A stretch of 63,594 bases of DNA, from positions 1-63,594 of the IMG/VR virus record IMGVR_UViG_3300020442_001396. One strand, written 5' to 3'. The position numbers and the translations under genes are program-made. The DNA comes from a virus (lineage: Duplodnaviria > Caudoviricetes). Position 1 is the first letter of the stretch, and every line of letters begins with the position of its first letter. Shown in pieces: positions 15,769 to 29,800 of the stretch. The notes beneath the pieces are model-generated. The model was not told the DNA's origin. It was given only the letters and a program-made list of their open reading frames with translations, and made no database searches.

Positions 15769-17801
15769 TGCAACCGAATAATCTAACAGCACTAGACTTT
15801 GAAGATGTCAAAGCAAGTATTAAGTCATACTTAAGAACTCGCTCCGAGTTCACGGATTATGACTTCGATGGTTCTGCGTTATCCTATATGGTAGACGCTC
15901 TTGCCTATAATACCTATTATTCTGCATTCAATGCTAACATGGCGTTGAATGAAGCGTTCTTACCGTCTTCTACTGTTAGAGACAACGTAGTTAATATTGC
16001 CAAGTTGATGAACTACACTCCTAGGAGTCGTATTTCATCTAGAGCGTCTGTAAAAATTGATATCCAGACAGATCAAGCAAATGGAGTGTACCCAAGTAGT
16101 GTTACCCTTAAAAAAGGTCCTATTGCAACTGGTGGTAACTTCGTTTGGAACATTTTAAGAGATACTACTGCTGAAGTTAGTCCTACTACTGGTCTTGCTA
16201 CATTTCCTGAGATTTGCATCTATGAAGGACAGATCGTAAACTTCCAATACGTTGTTAATACCTTTGCTAGACAAAATTATACTATTCCTTCTGCAGAAGC
16301 AGACCTTGCAACACTCAGAGTTAGTGTAAAGGCAAACGAGACTGCCACTGCAGCAGATATTTACAACCAAGTAGACACTGTTACTGGTTTGACCGCAACG
16401 ACCCGCGCATACTTCCTTAATGAAGGTGAGGATATGCGTTTTGAGGTTAGGTTTGGTGATGATAGTGTTGGTAGAGCATTAAAAGACGGAGAAGTTGTAC
16501 AATTAGAGTATTTGGTAACCTCTGGTAAGGATGCAAATGAAGTTCAAGCATTTAACTACATTGGAACTGCTGTAGACTCCTTAGGAAACAATATTCCTCC
16601 CTCTCAGGTAACACTTACCGTATTACATCGTTCTCAAATGGGAACTGATGCGGAAAGTATCGAATCTATCAAATATAACGCGCCTAGGTTCTACGCTTCT
16701 CAATATAGAGCAGTAACAGCACAAGATTATGCGTTGATCACTCAAAGAATCTATGATAACGCAGATTCTGTTGTTGCATACGGTGGAGACAGTTTAAATC
16801 CTCCGATTTACGGAAAAGTCTTTATTGCAATCAAAACAAAGACTGGATCCCTTCTAAATGACGCTACAAAGAAGGAAATTGCTGCTGACCTTAGGAAGTA
16901 TGCTATGGCATCGATTGACCCTGTTGTAGTCGATCCTGATAACGTATACATCTATACAAAAGTCTTTGCTCTATACGATACTGGAGCAGGAAGTAGTTCT
17001 TCACAAATTAAGACCGATATTCAGAACGGAATCAATGATTGGGCAACTCAAACTCAAATCAATAACTTCAACTCAACGTTTAGGGGTTCCGCATATGAAA
17101 AAGCAATTTCTCTTTCTAATAATGCTATCACTGACGTTTCACTTCAAACAACTACTCTAAAATACATTTTACCTAATAGTAATCAGACTAATACTTACTG
17201 TATCAGCACTGGTAGCGGACTTTACAACTCTGCACCTTCTAAAGACGGTGATGATGGTACATGTAAGAAAGAACCCGTATTACTATCAGGAACATTCAGA
17301 ACTGCAGACCGCCCTGGTGTAGATCAGCAGTTTGAAGACGATGGATATGGAAATCTACGCATATTCTACAATACAGGTACTAAAAAGGTATATACGAACA
17401 ACGCAATCGGTACAGTCAACTATGACACTGGTGAAATCTGTTTTGGACCAGTAAATGTGATTAGTACAGGAACAAACGTGCCATCTAACTCTGCAGTTAA
17501 TATTACAGACTCTGTAACTGGTGCAGGTAGTGTTACGGATCCGTCACTTCTTCCTGGAGATCTTAAAATTCCTGTTGTGACGATTCCTGCTAACAGTGGT
17601 ACTATTCCTGCTTCCACACCTGGAACAATCATCAATATTATTGCTCCTGAGGTTACAGTCGCTCCGATTGGTACGACGCCACCTGCCTCTGTCCCTCTAA
17701 ATAGTTTGACACCAACGATATTTGACGACACACCGACGACGGTGGAAGTTGCACCTATTGATAACAGTGGTGGTCTAAACACATCAACCTGTTTTAGTTA
17801 A
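15768..17801 (+). CDS. gp6: baseplate wedge subunit gp6
   Basis: LDFEDVK..FTDYDFDGS..LAYNTYY, ESIESIKYNAPR..QYRAVTAQDY, YGKVFIAIK. Confidence 0.92.
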   Translation: MQPNNLTALDFEDVKASIKSYLRTRSEFTDYDFDGSALSYMVDALAYNTYYSAFNANMALNEAFLPSSTVRDNVVNIAKLMNYTPRSRISSRASVKIDIQTDQANGVYPSSVTLKKGPIATGGNFVWNILRDTTAEVSPTTGLATFPEICIYEGQIVNFQYVVNTFARQNYTIPSAEADLATLRVSVKANETATAADIYNQVDTVTGLTATTRAYFLNEGEDMRFEVRFGDDSVGRALKDGEVVQLEYLVTSGKDANEVQAFNYIGTAVDSLGNNIPPSQVTLTVLHRSQMGTDAESIESIKYNAPRFYASQYRAVTAQDYALITQRIYDNADSVVAYGGDSLNPPIYGKVFIAIKTKTGSLLNDATKKEIAADLRKYAMASIDPVVVDPDNVYIYTKVFALYDTGAGSSSSQIKTDIQNGINDWATQTQINNFNSTFRGSAYEKAISLSNNAITDVSLQTTTLKYILPNSNQTNTYCISTGSGLYNSAPSKDGDDGTCKKEPVLLSGTFRTADRPGVDQQFEDDGYGNLRIFYNTGTKKVYTNNAIGTVNYDTGEICFGPVNVISTGTNVPSNSAVNITDSVTGAGSVTDPSLLPGDLKIPVVTIPANSGTIPASTPGTIINIIAPEVTVAPIGTTPPASVPLNSLTPTIFDDTPTTVEVAPIDNSGGLNTSTCFS

Positions 17802-17808
17802 AGCGTAG

Positions 17809-20800
17809 ATGAACAACATTAATAAGGTTTCCCAGTCGATTGAGTCCCAATCACCCGACTTTATCGGGCAGGAATACCCCCTGTTCAATAAGTTTCTTGA
17901 GTACTACTATAAGTCACAAGAGAAGACTGGTTTAGGACAAAATATTCTTAATAACTTTCTTGGATATCTTGATATCGATAAACTCGATATTGGAATCTTG
18001 GATGGTTCGACTACGCTTGTAGAACCTATTACAAACAGTTCAGATAAGATTGTTGTTGAAAGTATTAACCCTTTCTTAGAATCTAATGGTTCTATTCTGA
18101 TTGGTGATGAAGTCATATATTATGAAGGTGTTGATAAGTCTCCAGAAATTGCACTTTCTCCTGGTATTTCCTACGAACAGGTAAAACTCAAGTGGACCAC
18201 TCTTGCTAGTCTAATCAATACTTTTGACGGTACTACTACTTTATTTCCCCTAAAATCACAAGACAGTCCGATTGCTCCCCCTTCAGCACAGCATCTGATT
18301 GTTTCTTTGTATGGTAAGATTTTAATTCCGAATATCGATTATACGATCAGCGGATCAAACATCAACTTCACTACTGCTCCTAGAACCAAGATTCCTGCTG
18401 ACGATGCAGGTTCAACTTATATCTACTATCTCAGCGGTTTTATTGAGAACACCATTTATGGATTAGATAATCTTTCTGGTGCTTTTGGAGATGGTAAAAA
18501 GCAATTTAGTCTAACTCGTAACGGTGCTAGGTATGAACCCGAAGTTGAAGAATATTTAAACGTAATTTACGATAATCGCCTTTTAGTTCCAAAAGTTGAT
18601 TACTTCTTAGACAAGGATCAATTTATTTTCAAAGAAGCACCTCTGAATGGTCGTTTCTTATCAGTTCATTCGATTGAGGCACCTATTCCTTCTTTTGGTG
18701 CAGGTGCAGTTGGTTTTGCTCGTATTAGTGACACTGGACTTTTAACAAGCGTCTCTTCTAGTGCTATTGGTACTGGATATCGTTTTGAGTATCCTCCTCA
18801 AGTCAGAATCAACTCTGATGAGGGTTCTGGTGGTGCTGCAACTGCCCTTGTCAATGGTTTGAAGACAATCACCCTACTTGAGGGTGGAAGAGGTTACAGC
18901 ACGACTAACCCTCCTGTTGTACAAGTACAATCACCCACTAAAACTGGTTCTAGTCAAGCAACTATTACAGCAACTGTTACTGGTGGTGCAGTTACTGAAT
19001 TGAATATCACTAATTCTGGTTCTGGATATACTTTTACTCCTAGAATTACTTTTGTTCAACCAGGTGGTGCAAAATTAGGTGCACCTGTAATTACTAATGG
19101 TCAAGTTACTTCTATTCCTGTTACTGACGGAGGTTTTGGGTATACTACTGCTCCTACGGTTTATATTGATGAACCAACTGGTGATAACGCAATCAAGGCA
19201 GCATTAAGAGCAAATATCACTGATGGTAAGGTCATCAGTATCACAGTTTTGAATGCAGGACAAGGATATCATGATGGTGCTCATCAAGGACATGGTGGCG
19301 GTGCTGCACCTAGGGTTGCTATTATTGATCCTGTAGGTGCACAGGTATTAGAAACTGTAGTTGATGGTGATGGGCGTGTTATCAGAATTGACTTACTTAA
19401 TGGTGGTAGCGGATTTGATGATGTTCCCTCTGTTTACATTGTAGATAATAGAACTAACGGTGGTACTGGCGCAACTGCTGTTGCTTCTATTTTCAATGGT
19501 CAGATCACTGATATTAATATTACAAACTTTGGTAGCGGATATTCTGCTGCTAATCCTCCTGAGATTGTAATTCAAGCACCTCCTCAAGCAAAAGCATCTG
19601 CAGAGATTGGTCTGAATGAGGTTACTGGTTTCGTAGTCACTGAATCAGGTAAAGGGTACAGTAAAGCAGCATTTACTGGATGTGCAAGAGCAGCATCTGG
19701 TATTGTCAAGTATACTGAAACTGGTAATGCAGTATTCAGTAATAACACTACTGCTGCAGCAGCACCTATTGGTTCTTCAGTTAAATGTTTGGATGCACTC
19801 TTTGTTAAGAGACTTTTAGACAAATATACTGAGCAGTTCTTACCAGACGTTCCAGAACTTGACTATTCAAAGATCGATGTTCGTACAGCGATCAAAACTA
19901 TTAAAGATTTTTACTCTTCAAAGGGTACTTCGTTTAGTATCGCATATCTGTTCAAGTTACTTTACGGTGAAACTGTTACAGTTACATATCCTAAAGACCA
20001 AATCATCAAACCCTCTGCAGCAACTTGGTCTATTGATACTATTCTTCGTGCAACTTTAGTAAGTGGTAATCCTGAGAACATTAGAGATGGTCTGTTAACT
20101 CAAGAAGCATCTATTGCTGATCCTAATGTAACTAATGCAAGTGCACTAGTTGAAAACTATATTTCAATTAAAACTTCTGATGTAGAGATTTTTGAACTTG
20201 TTCTCTCTGAAGAAACTATTGTTGGGACGTTTACCGTACCATATAAGACAAAACTTGCCGAACCTCTTAATACAACCGATTCAATCATTACGGTTGACTC
20301 TACTATTGGTTGGCCAGAAAGAAACGGTGAGTTTGTTATTGGTGCAGGTGCTACTACTGAAGTTGTTCAATATAAAGAGAAATCACTCAACCAGTTTATT
20401 GAATGTACTCGTTCAGTAAATGGTATTGTAGAGGATTGGGATTCTGCTACTCAAGTTGCTTCTAACTTCACTGTATTTGTTAATAAGGGAACACCACAAG
20501 AAGTGGTGCTGAATGTTGTTGGTATCGTTGATGCACAACAGACTGTGCTTACTGACACTGGATCTTACTACCTACCTGGTGATAAACTCACTGTGTCGAA
20601 ACTAGGTGGTACTAGCACCGATCCTCATTTAACTACATGGTTGTATAACGTAAAAAAACTTATTAATGTTTCTAGCGTAACGTTTGGAGGTGTTAACAAT
20701 AGGTTTGCAACTATTACTTGCTCAAACAATCACGGTTTGTTGGTTGGTGATCAGGTTACTGTTTATGGTGCAAACCCAATCATCTACAATGGCACATTCC

Positions 20801-23800
20801 TTGTAACATCTAGAGATAGTGCAACTGTATTCCAATATCAGTTACCACAACCTGCAACTGTAACACCTCAAGGTAATATTCTAGTATCTGTTGACTTAAA
20901 CAAAGGTAAGTCTGATAGTACTGCAGTTTTAAATGCTATTGGTCCTTATACCACTAACGTTCAGAACTCTTTCTTCAACACACAGTATGCATACCTAGCA
21001 TCTACAGGTATTCCTAACTACAAGATCGGTCCTTTCCCAGGATCTGCTCTTCTTCCAGGAAACCAACGTAAGTTAAATCGTTTCCCGATTGTTTCTCAAA
21101 CAATCTCTACAAAGAACGAGGTTTCTCCAGGTCCTATCGGAACTTGGGTCAACGGTGTTTCTATTTGGTCTTATAAGTCAACTAGAAAGAAAACTTTTGG
21201 TGCTGTAACTAGTGTTGGTATTACTAATGCAGGTAAAGACTATGATGCTGCATCTCCACCAGTTTTAACGATTAGTGGTGGTGGGGGAACTGGAGCAACT
21301 GCAAGTGTTACTGTTAATGGTTCTGTTTCTGAAATCACTGTTACTGCAGGAGGTTCTGGGTTTACTTCTTCTCCTCTAGTCTCTATCGTTGGTGGAGGCG
21401 GTTCTGGAGCGTCTGCAACTGCTATTATTACAAAAGGCGTTGTATCTAGAATTCTAATCAACTCAGGCGGTACTGGATATACCTCACAACCTTCTATCAC
21501 TATTGTTGGTGGCGGTGGTACTGGTGCACAAGCAACTGCATCTGTTCGTGGTCCTATTCAAGCAGTTACTGTTGGATCAGGCGGTCAATCCTATACCTCT
21601 ACTCCTAGTGTCACATTGAGTTCTGGTAGTGGTGCTGTTGCTCAAGCAATCGTACAGAATGGTCGTATTATTTCTATCGCTATCATCTCTGCAGGTTCTG
21701 GGTATACAACTGCTCCTGAGATTACTATTCAAGGTCAAGGTTTTGGTGCTGTTGCTAGAGCATCTATTGATACTGATGGCGAAAACGCAGGTAGAGTGAC
21801 TAGTATCTCTATTATTAATAGAGGTATTGGATATTCTCAAGGAACTACTATTATTAATTTAAACTCTGTTGGTTCTGAAGCAACCTTCAGTGCTAACGTA
21901 TTTGAGTGGACTTATAACTTACAAGCAACTACTACATTTGATGATGCCAAGGGTTCTGTATTTGAAGGTTACAATAATCAGTATGGTGGTGAATATGCTC
22001 ACTTATCAAACCCTCAAACTTTAAGATATATCCTTGGTGATAACTTATTCGAGAATACTGCCTTCCAAATTAAAGAAAGAGAGGAAGGACTACTACACTC
22101 TCCTATTATCGGTTGGGCATTTGATGGTAACCCTATCTACGGTCCTTACGGTTACTCTGATCCTACTGATCAGTCTTCTGCAATTCAAAAACTGAATACT
22201 TCTTATAGACTTAAGACAAATCTTGTTTATAATATTGATTCTAACCCAAATCCTGTTAGAGTGGCAGGACCTTTATTATCTGCAGAGGCAGCAGGTAACT
22301 TTATCGAAGACTATGAATATGTTTTTGGTCTTGGTGCATTAGATCAGTACAATGGTAGATTCTGTAAGACTCCTGAGTATCCAGAGGGTAGATATTGTTA
22401 CTTCGTTACCATTGATGCTACTGAAGATGGTAATCCACTGTTCCCATATGTGATGGGTCCTAGTTTCAACTCTGTTGTTGATTCTTGGAACTTAAATGCT
22501 AATGCTGTACAGCAAAATATTCCAGAAGGTGTTGTAAGATATCGTGATCCTTATGAGAATGTTGATATTGACGTTGAGAGAGCACCAAATGCCTCTACAA
22601 ACGCTTTAACACTAGAGAATGGTGATGTATTACTATTTGATGTAGAAGACGAAGATAGAAGTGGTGTTATTGAGCAAGATGAACTTGATGATCCTGATCA
22701 GGTCTTTGAAGAGTCTCCATTACAGTTATTTGACTACTTCCCCAAAGTTAAATTTGACTCTAAGGTTGATATTGAAGTTGAGACCACTACTAAGTTTGAA
22801 GATGCATCTGTAACTGGATTTACTGTTGAAAACCCAGGTATATCTTATCAGGTTAATGATAGACTAATCTTTGATAATACTGACACTGATGGTAGTGGTG
22901 TTTCTGCTCGTGTTTCTAGAATTGCAGGTGAATCGGTAGAGGCATATACATTTGAAAATATTAGTGGTAATAACTTCGGTGTATTAACTACTGTCAATCC
23001 TCATAACTTACAACCAGGTGATAGTGTCTTTATTGACTATACTCCTGTCATGGACAGCACTAATAAGACATTTGTTGTTCGTCAGTTCAAAGGTATTGAA
23101 CAGATTGTAGTTAATCAAACTGGATCTGGATATAACACTGATATTCCTCCCACCATTATTATTGATGGTGATGGAGTTGGTGGTAGTCTTGAAGCAGTTG
23201 TAAGTCCTGTTGGATCTATCGACACTGTTAATATTATCAACTCTGGTTTTGGTTATACTTCTAATCCTAGAGTTATTCTTTCACACCCTCAGGTGTTTAA
23301 GAAAGCAGATTACTATGTCTCTAAGTTCTCCAATAGAAATTATGTAAGAGTTAGTGATGTTTATATTAATGATGCCAAAGAAGTTTATATTTGTGGTAAA
23401 ACATATGATGCTGCATCTAATGATGTTGCATTCATTGCAAAACTTTCTGCTACTGGTGTTAAAGAGTGGGAAGCATCTTTAGAACTTGCAGGTGGTCAAC
23501 AAGACTCTGAGTTCCTTAAGTTATATGTTGACGGTAAGAGTATCTGGGTTGTTGGTCAAAATAGTCCTAATAGTTCAATTCTTGCTGCATATAATCCTGA
23601 TATCATTCTTTGTAAGTATACTGAAGCAGCAAACGGACTAAGTGCAGTATTGACCTTCCAAAGAGGTTATGCAGGTATCTCTGGTTCTACTCGTGGCGAC
23701 TTTATTACTTCGATTAAGAAATACTCTGATACTAGATTTATTATTGGAGGATATACCAATACTAACTCTGGTGCACCTTATGATGCTTTCATTGCATCTA

Positions 23801-26800
23801 TTGATACTAGTGGTAACTTTGCAATTAAGAGAAAGATTGCTTCTTCTAATAAGTCAGAGAAAATTACCGATATTGTCATCGATGGAACTGATGTTTATGC
23901 ATCCTTAGAACTTGCTTCTACTCAATCTGAAGCAGATATTGATACTGGTGTTGCTAAGATTGCTTTTGGTACTAATACTATTGTTGTAACTTGGATTAAA
24001 CAGTTTGCCAATAGTCTGTATTCAATCATGGATACTAGTCTTGCTATTGACGAGTTCAAAGAACTTTATGTCACTGGTGGTCTAAGACTCAAGTCCGATG
24101 ATACTACTAGAGATAGTTTCTGGGTTGGTAAGATTAATACTGATGGTGCATTTATTTGGAACTATCGTTATCTTGCTCCATCTGGAGGATCTATCAGTGT
24201 TACTCCTTCAAGTGCAATCGATATCTTTGGTGATTTAAACATTGCATTTACTAGCACTAATAACACTAATAGTTTAACTACTGTTGATACTGTTAAGATT
24301 GGTTATGATGGAAAAATCAAGAACCATACAACTAATCAGTTTACTCAAAACAACATTGAAGGTATTACTGCTTATAGTATTGACGTTGATAACTCTGGTG
24401 ATGCTCATGTCGTTGGTCAAACTCAGTGGAATAGAAACGAGTTTATCTTCCCCTTCACTGGAGGATCTCAAGTTGATACAACCAGTCACTACACATTAAC
24501 TTCTACATCAACCAACAACTCCATCACATATGCTGATGACGTTGCTAAGATTAATGGTTATGCAACTGGTCAATCTACTTGGACACAAAGTAATTTACAG
24601 ATTACTTCTGCTCAATTAGGTGCAAGACTTAATAGTGATTTCACTGTTGAGATGATGGTCTTCAAGAATTCTGCTACAACTGCAGTTTCTGGTATCACTC
24701 AACATACTCTTATTGCTATCGGTGATGCTGAAGAAGCAACTGGTGGTCTTTGGTTATACTATGATGTAAGCAGCGGATACTTAGAACTTGTTATCACTAA
24801 CGGATCTACTAAGATCAACCAAGCAGGTGGTGCAGGACAGTCCTCCCTCAACAATATGTTTGCCGACAACACTTGGCAGTTCATTGGATTGAAGAGAGAA
24901 GGTAATATCTTTACTGTTTATGTGAATGGAATTCAAGCGATTCAATCTACAGTTCCTTCTACTGCTCTTGGTAGCAAGCATCTTTATGTTGGTCAGATCC
25001 CTGGTAGATCTGGTACTGCAGGTAACTTTAGAGTTAATGAGCAAGGTCAGTTCCATGTCGATAACTTCAGATTAAGAAACAGAGCAGTCACTCCTACAGT
25101 TCCTTCTGACGTTACTGTATTCCCGACTACAGGTGCATTTGGTTTATCTTACACTTGGACTGATACTGCATGGTTTACCACTAACCTTAACAGATATGAC
25201 TTCATTGATTATGATGGATTTGCACTTAAGGCAGATAAGAATGCTGATTCAGTAAGACTCGGTACAATTTCTACACAAACAAATACTCAACTAGGATTTA
25301 CTAGAACTGCTGTTTCTCCTGTTGTAGGAAGCACTCTTACCATGTCAAATACTGGTTATGGATTATCAGAGGCAGGTTTCCAATCTCTTGACTTTGATGA
25401 TGCTTCACTTAGCATGACTCAAGGAACTGAGAATCTTACTTATACTCAGGATGTTTGGAGTTCTAGAACTGCAACTGTTCCCTCTCCTGGATCTCAAAAA
25501 CTTAATGTTTCTGCTGTTGTTAAGGATAGATACTTCTTCAAAGTTACTCCTACAGTTAAGATCGATAACATTCAAGAGTTAACGATTAATCAATCATTTA
25601 GGTTTACTGTTGGTAGTAAGTTACGTCTTAACAATGATTCTGGACAGTTTGTCAATAGCGGTTATATTGTCAAAGTTGATGAAGCAACTAACAAGGTATA
25701 TCTTGCTGTAAACATTAATACATGGACAGATGATACTAACACTGGAAACTTAGTAACTGAACAGTTTAATGAGCAATCAACTTTTGGTATTGTTGGACCT
25801 ATTCCTAATGATATTAATGTCATTGAAGGTTTCTCATTCCCCTTAGTTGATAATACAACTCCAGGAACTTTTGATATTGATCTTGATAAGTACAACTTAG
25901 ATGGCACTTATAATGCTGCAGGTGGTCAAAATCTTGATTCGTTTGCTAAGTTCAAACCATTTGCAACTCTTGATTACTCTGTAAGAATCGATGAAGTAGC
26001 AGGAGGATCCCCATTTATTGTTGGTTCTGTTGTACAACTAAGTTCTAGTGATGTTTCATTCAACGCAGCATATAGCACTGTACAGATTACCAATCTAACT
26101 GCTGTAACTAAAATTACGTTAGTTGCTAATCTTGATAAGATCTTACAAGTTTCTTCTGTTGCTAATAGTGATGAAGTTTATGTAATTACTGATACTAGTC
26201 ACTATCTTTCTAAGGGAGATGTTATTTACGTTGATGGCAACCCATCTCAAGAAGTTGGTGGTGTGACCTATGATGAATATGATGGTGCGTTCCCTGTTGA
26301 TCGTGTTATTAGTCCTCTTGAGTTTACTTACAAGTTAAATCAAGCAGCAGTGAGTTCACCTGCCACATCTGCAGGTAATGTAAACATCTTCATGAAGTCT
26401 CCAACTTTGAAGATGTACTATGGTCACCAATACATCTTTGATTTAAGTCACTCTTCACTTGTTGGTGGTAACCTATCATTTGCTAAAGATAGTCTATACA
26501 AACTTGAATACTCCTTCAACTCTATTGAAAGAGTAGGAACTCCTGGTGTTACTGGTGCAGGTGCACCAAATCCTTCTGTCAAATTAAAAGTTGACGGAGA
26601 TATCGTTACTAATATTTCTTACTACTTTGACCCTTCTAGAACTGGTGCTGATTCTCCTGTTGTGCCTGGTAGTTACCTCGATGTTGTAGATTCTCCTTAC
26701 AAAGGTAATTTTGAGATCTCCTCTATTGCAGGTGCTACTATTACTCGTGGTGCTGATATTATCAAGTTCCCTCTTCTCAATGAACCAGAGGGTGCTGCAG

Positions 26801-29800
26801 ATATTAACCAAGCAAGTTATGCAACTTCATCCTTAAGAGCAGTTGGATCTATCAATGCTGTTCGTATTGTGAACCCAGGTGGTTTCTACACAAGATTACC
26901 TATTGTTTCTTCTATTCAGTCAACTAGACAGATTGAAAGAGTTCAGATTAATGATCCTGGAACTGAATATGCTGTTGGAACTTACACTGGTGTTCCTATT
27001 GCAGGTGATGGTGAAGGTGGATTTGTTACTATTAATGTTGCTGATGGAACGGATTCTGAAGGTGTAACTATTCCTGGTCAGATTCAATCTATTATTGTTA
27101 CCTCTCCTGGTAAAGGATACACTACTGCATCTATCGATATCGAATCAGTGTCTGGCATCTTAGGATCTGGTTTGACTGGATCTGGTGCTGAGGTTGTCGT
27201 TGTTATTCCTCCATTCGGTTCTGGTGCATCTATCTTCACTCAAGGTTCTAGTGTTGGTAAGATTAAGAAACTTAAGAACAACAACTTTGGTTATGATTAT
27301 CCTCATGACTACACTTTACGTCCTGAGATTACATTCCCAATCAATGCTCAGTTAACATCTACAAGTATTCTTGATAGTATTACAGTTACCGATCCTGGTA
27401 CTGGTTATTCTCAAGCACCTGCTGTTGTCATCACTGGTGGTGGCGGTTCTGGTGCTATTGCAGAAGCAACCATTAAGAACGGTCGTCTTGATACTATTAT
27501 CGTTAAGGATCCTGGTGCAGGTTATTCTTCAACTCCTACTGTATCACTGAGATCTTCATTCAACTATGTTATTAACCTTGACTTGGGACTCTTACAGTTT
27601 GCTTTCCCACATGGTATTACAAATGGTGCTCCTGTCACATTGAACGTTGTTGATACTGGTGAAGGTGCTGACTATCCTCTATCTGCAGGTGCTGTTGGTA
27701 GATTGAATGGAACTACTACTTACTACGCCATTGCAGGTGCTGCTAACTCTCTTGAACCAGATCAATTAAAACTTGCTATTACTTCTGCAAACGCTGCATT
27801 AGGTGACGCATTATCATTCGTTAACGCAGGTAATGGTCGTCAACAAGTTCTTACTGAATCTTTCGGTGGTTCTGCAACTGCAAACGTTATTACTTCTACT
27901 TTCCTTGAAGGTGAACTTGTTTATCAGGGTGAATCTCTTGCTGCTGCAACTGCTACTGGATATGTTTCGACTAACGCAGGTTGGCAGATTGGACCTAGAG
28001 TTCTTAAGATTGTTGACTATAGTGGAGAGTTCTCTACTGGTCAAAGAATCACTGGTGTGATTTCTAAGTCTTCTGGTATCATGAGTGATATCAAGGTTGC
28101 TAAAGGTGTTCTTGAGATTGGTTCTGTTACTAAAACTACTGGTCAGTTTATCGATGATGTTGGTAAACCATCTGAGATCATTCAGAAGATTCAAGACTCT
28201 TACTATTATCAAGACTTCTCTTATGCTGTTAAGTCTGCTGTTTCTATCGGTGAATGGAAAGAGATTCTTATCAAGAACGTTCACCCTGCATCGTTCAAAG
28301 TATTTGGTGAGTTAGATCTTAATGATTACGGATTTATTCCTAACAAAGAAACTTCATTCCAGTTAACAAAATCTGTTGAACTTGCAAGAGATGCAATCGT
28401 TCCTAATATTCAGAACTTTGCTCTGGTTGAACCTGTTTACTCTGAGTTCAATAATACTGAAGTACTATTCAGACAGAAACGACTAACTTCTTCTGAGAAC
28501 ATTCTAACCTCTGTTGTACAAAGACTTGATGATATTTCTAATCAGTTTGATGGTCAGAAGATTGCTTTCCCTCTAACTGTTGACGGTAACAACGTTGTTG
28601 CCAACGCTAACCAGTTAATGATTGTTCTTAACGGTGTTGTACAAACTCCAGAGTCTGCATTTGAGATTCAAGGTGATTCAATCGTCTTTGCAGAACCACC
28701 ACAACCTCCTGCAAGTGTTAAGTATGTAAACGTTCAGATCTCACCGATTTCTACTGTTGCTGTAACATTCAATAACATTAGTGGTATCTTCCCAACTGCA
28801 GGTATGACTCTGGTTGGTACTTCTTCTGCTGCTAGACTAACTGTCACCACGGTTGTTGGTGATACTATCAATGGTTTTATTACTCAGGGAACATATACTA
28901 CTGGTGAACTAGCAACTGTTGGTGCAACTGGTTTTGCTGCTAACGTTGCTGCTGTTACACCTATTTCAAATATTGGTCTATTCATCTTCGGTGAGAGTGT
29001 TACTAACCTAACAGGTGATACTGCAAAAGTTGAACAGATCAACCTTGCTAGTGGTGCTGAAACTCCTCTTGCTCAGTTACGTTATACAATCGGTGCTGCA
29101 ACTACATCTATTGAGATGGTTGCATTTAAAACAGATAATACTGCTGCTGACTATGCAGTCACTGCAGGAGTATTTGTTGCAGGAACTAACTATCAGTTAG
29201 GATCTGAAATCTTTAGAGTTGACACTGTTACTACTGGTTCAGAATCTACAACTCTTACTGTAACTAGAGGACAGAATGGAACTCAAGCAGTTTCACATCA
29301 AGAAGATGCTCCTGTATATGGTACTGACATTTCAATTACTAATGATCTTACCTTAAGTAAGATTGCAGGTACTTATCAGTCCACACCTGGATTATTTGAT
29401 ATTCAGTTGAATGATGTTATTATTGGTGCACAGTCTGGTGTTGTTGCTAGTATTACTCAAACTTCAACTTATCAAGATCCTACAACTCAAGAGTTTATTG
29501 GTCAGGTTAATATTTCCGAAGGTTCTTCATTCTTTGGATTACTATTCAACAGAATCACTTCTCAAACTTATCCGAACGTCGTTCTTGACGATATCTCCAA
29601 GTCTCAGATTGGTGTTGTTGATTTCACTGACAACAGCACTGCATTCGACAGTAGTTTCCCTGCTAATGAGCAGATAAACAACTATGTCATTCCTTATGAC
29701 AATGCAGTCGGTACTTTACAACAAGATGAATATATTCGTAACTACAAAGTAGAATACGGAAACAACAGTGGCGATTTCCAAGCAGGTGAAGATGCTAGAG

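Noticed and set aside
19270-19300. His-rich loop HDGAHQGH as an iron-binding site
   Set aside because: Single short loop without the HxH pattern of known fibre iron sites; not enough evidence.
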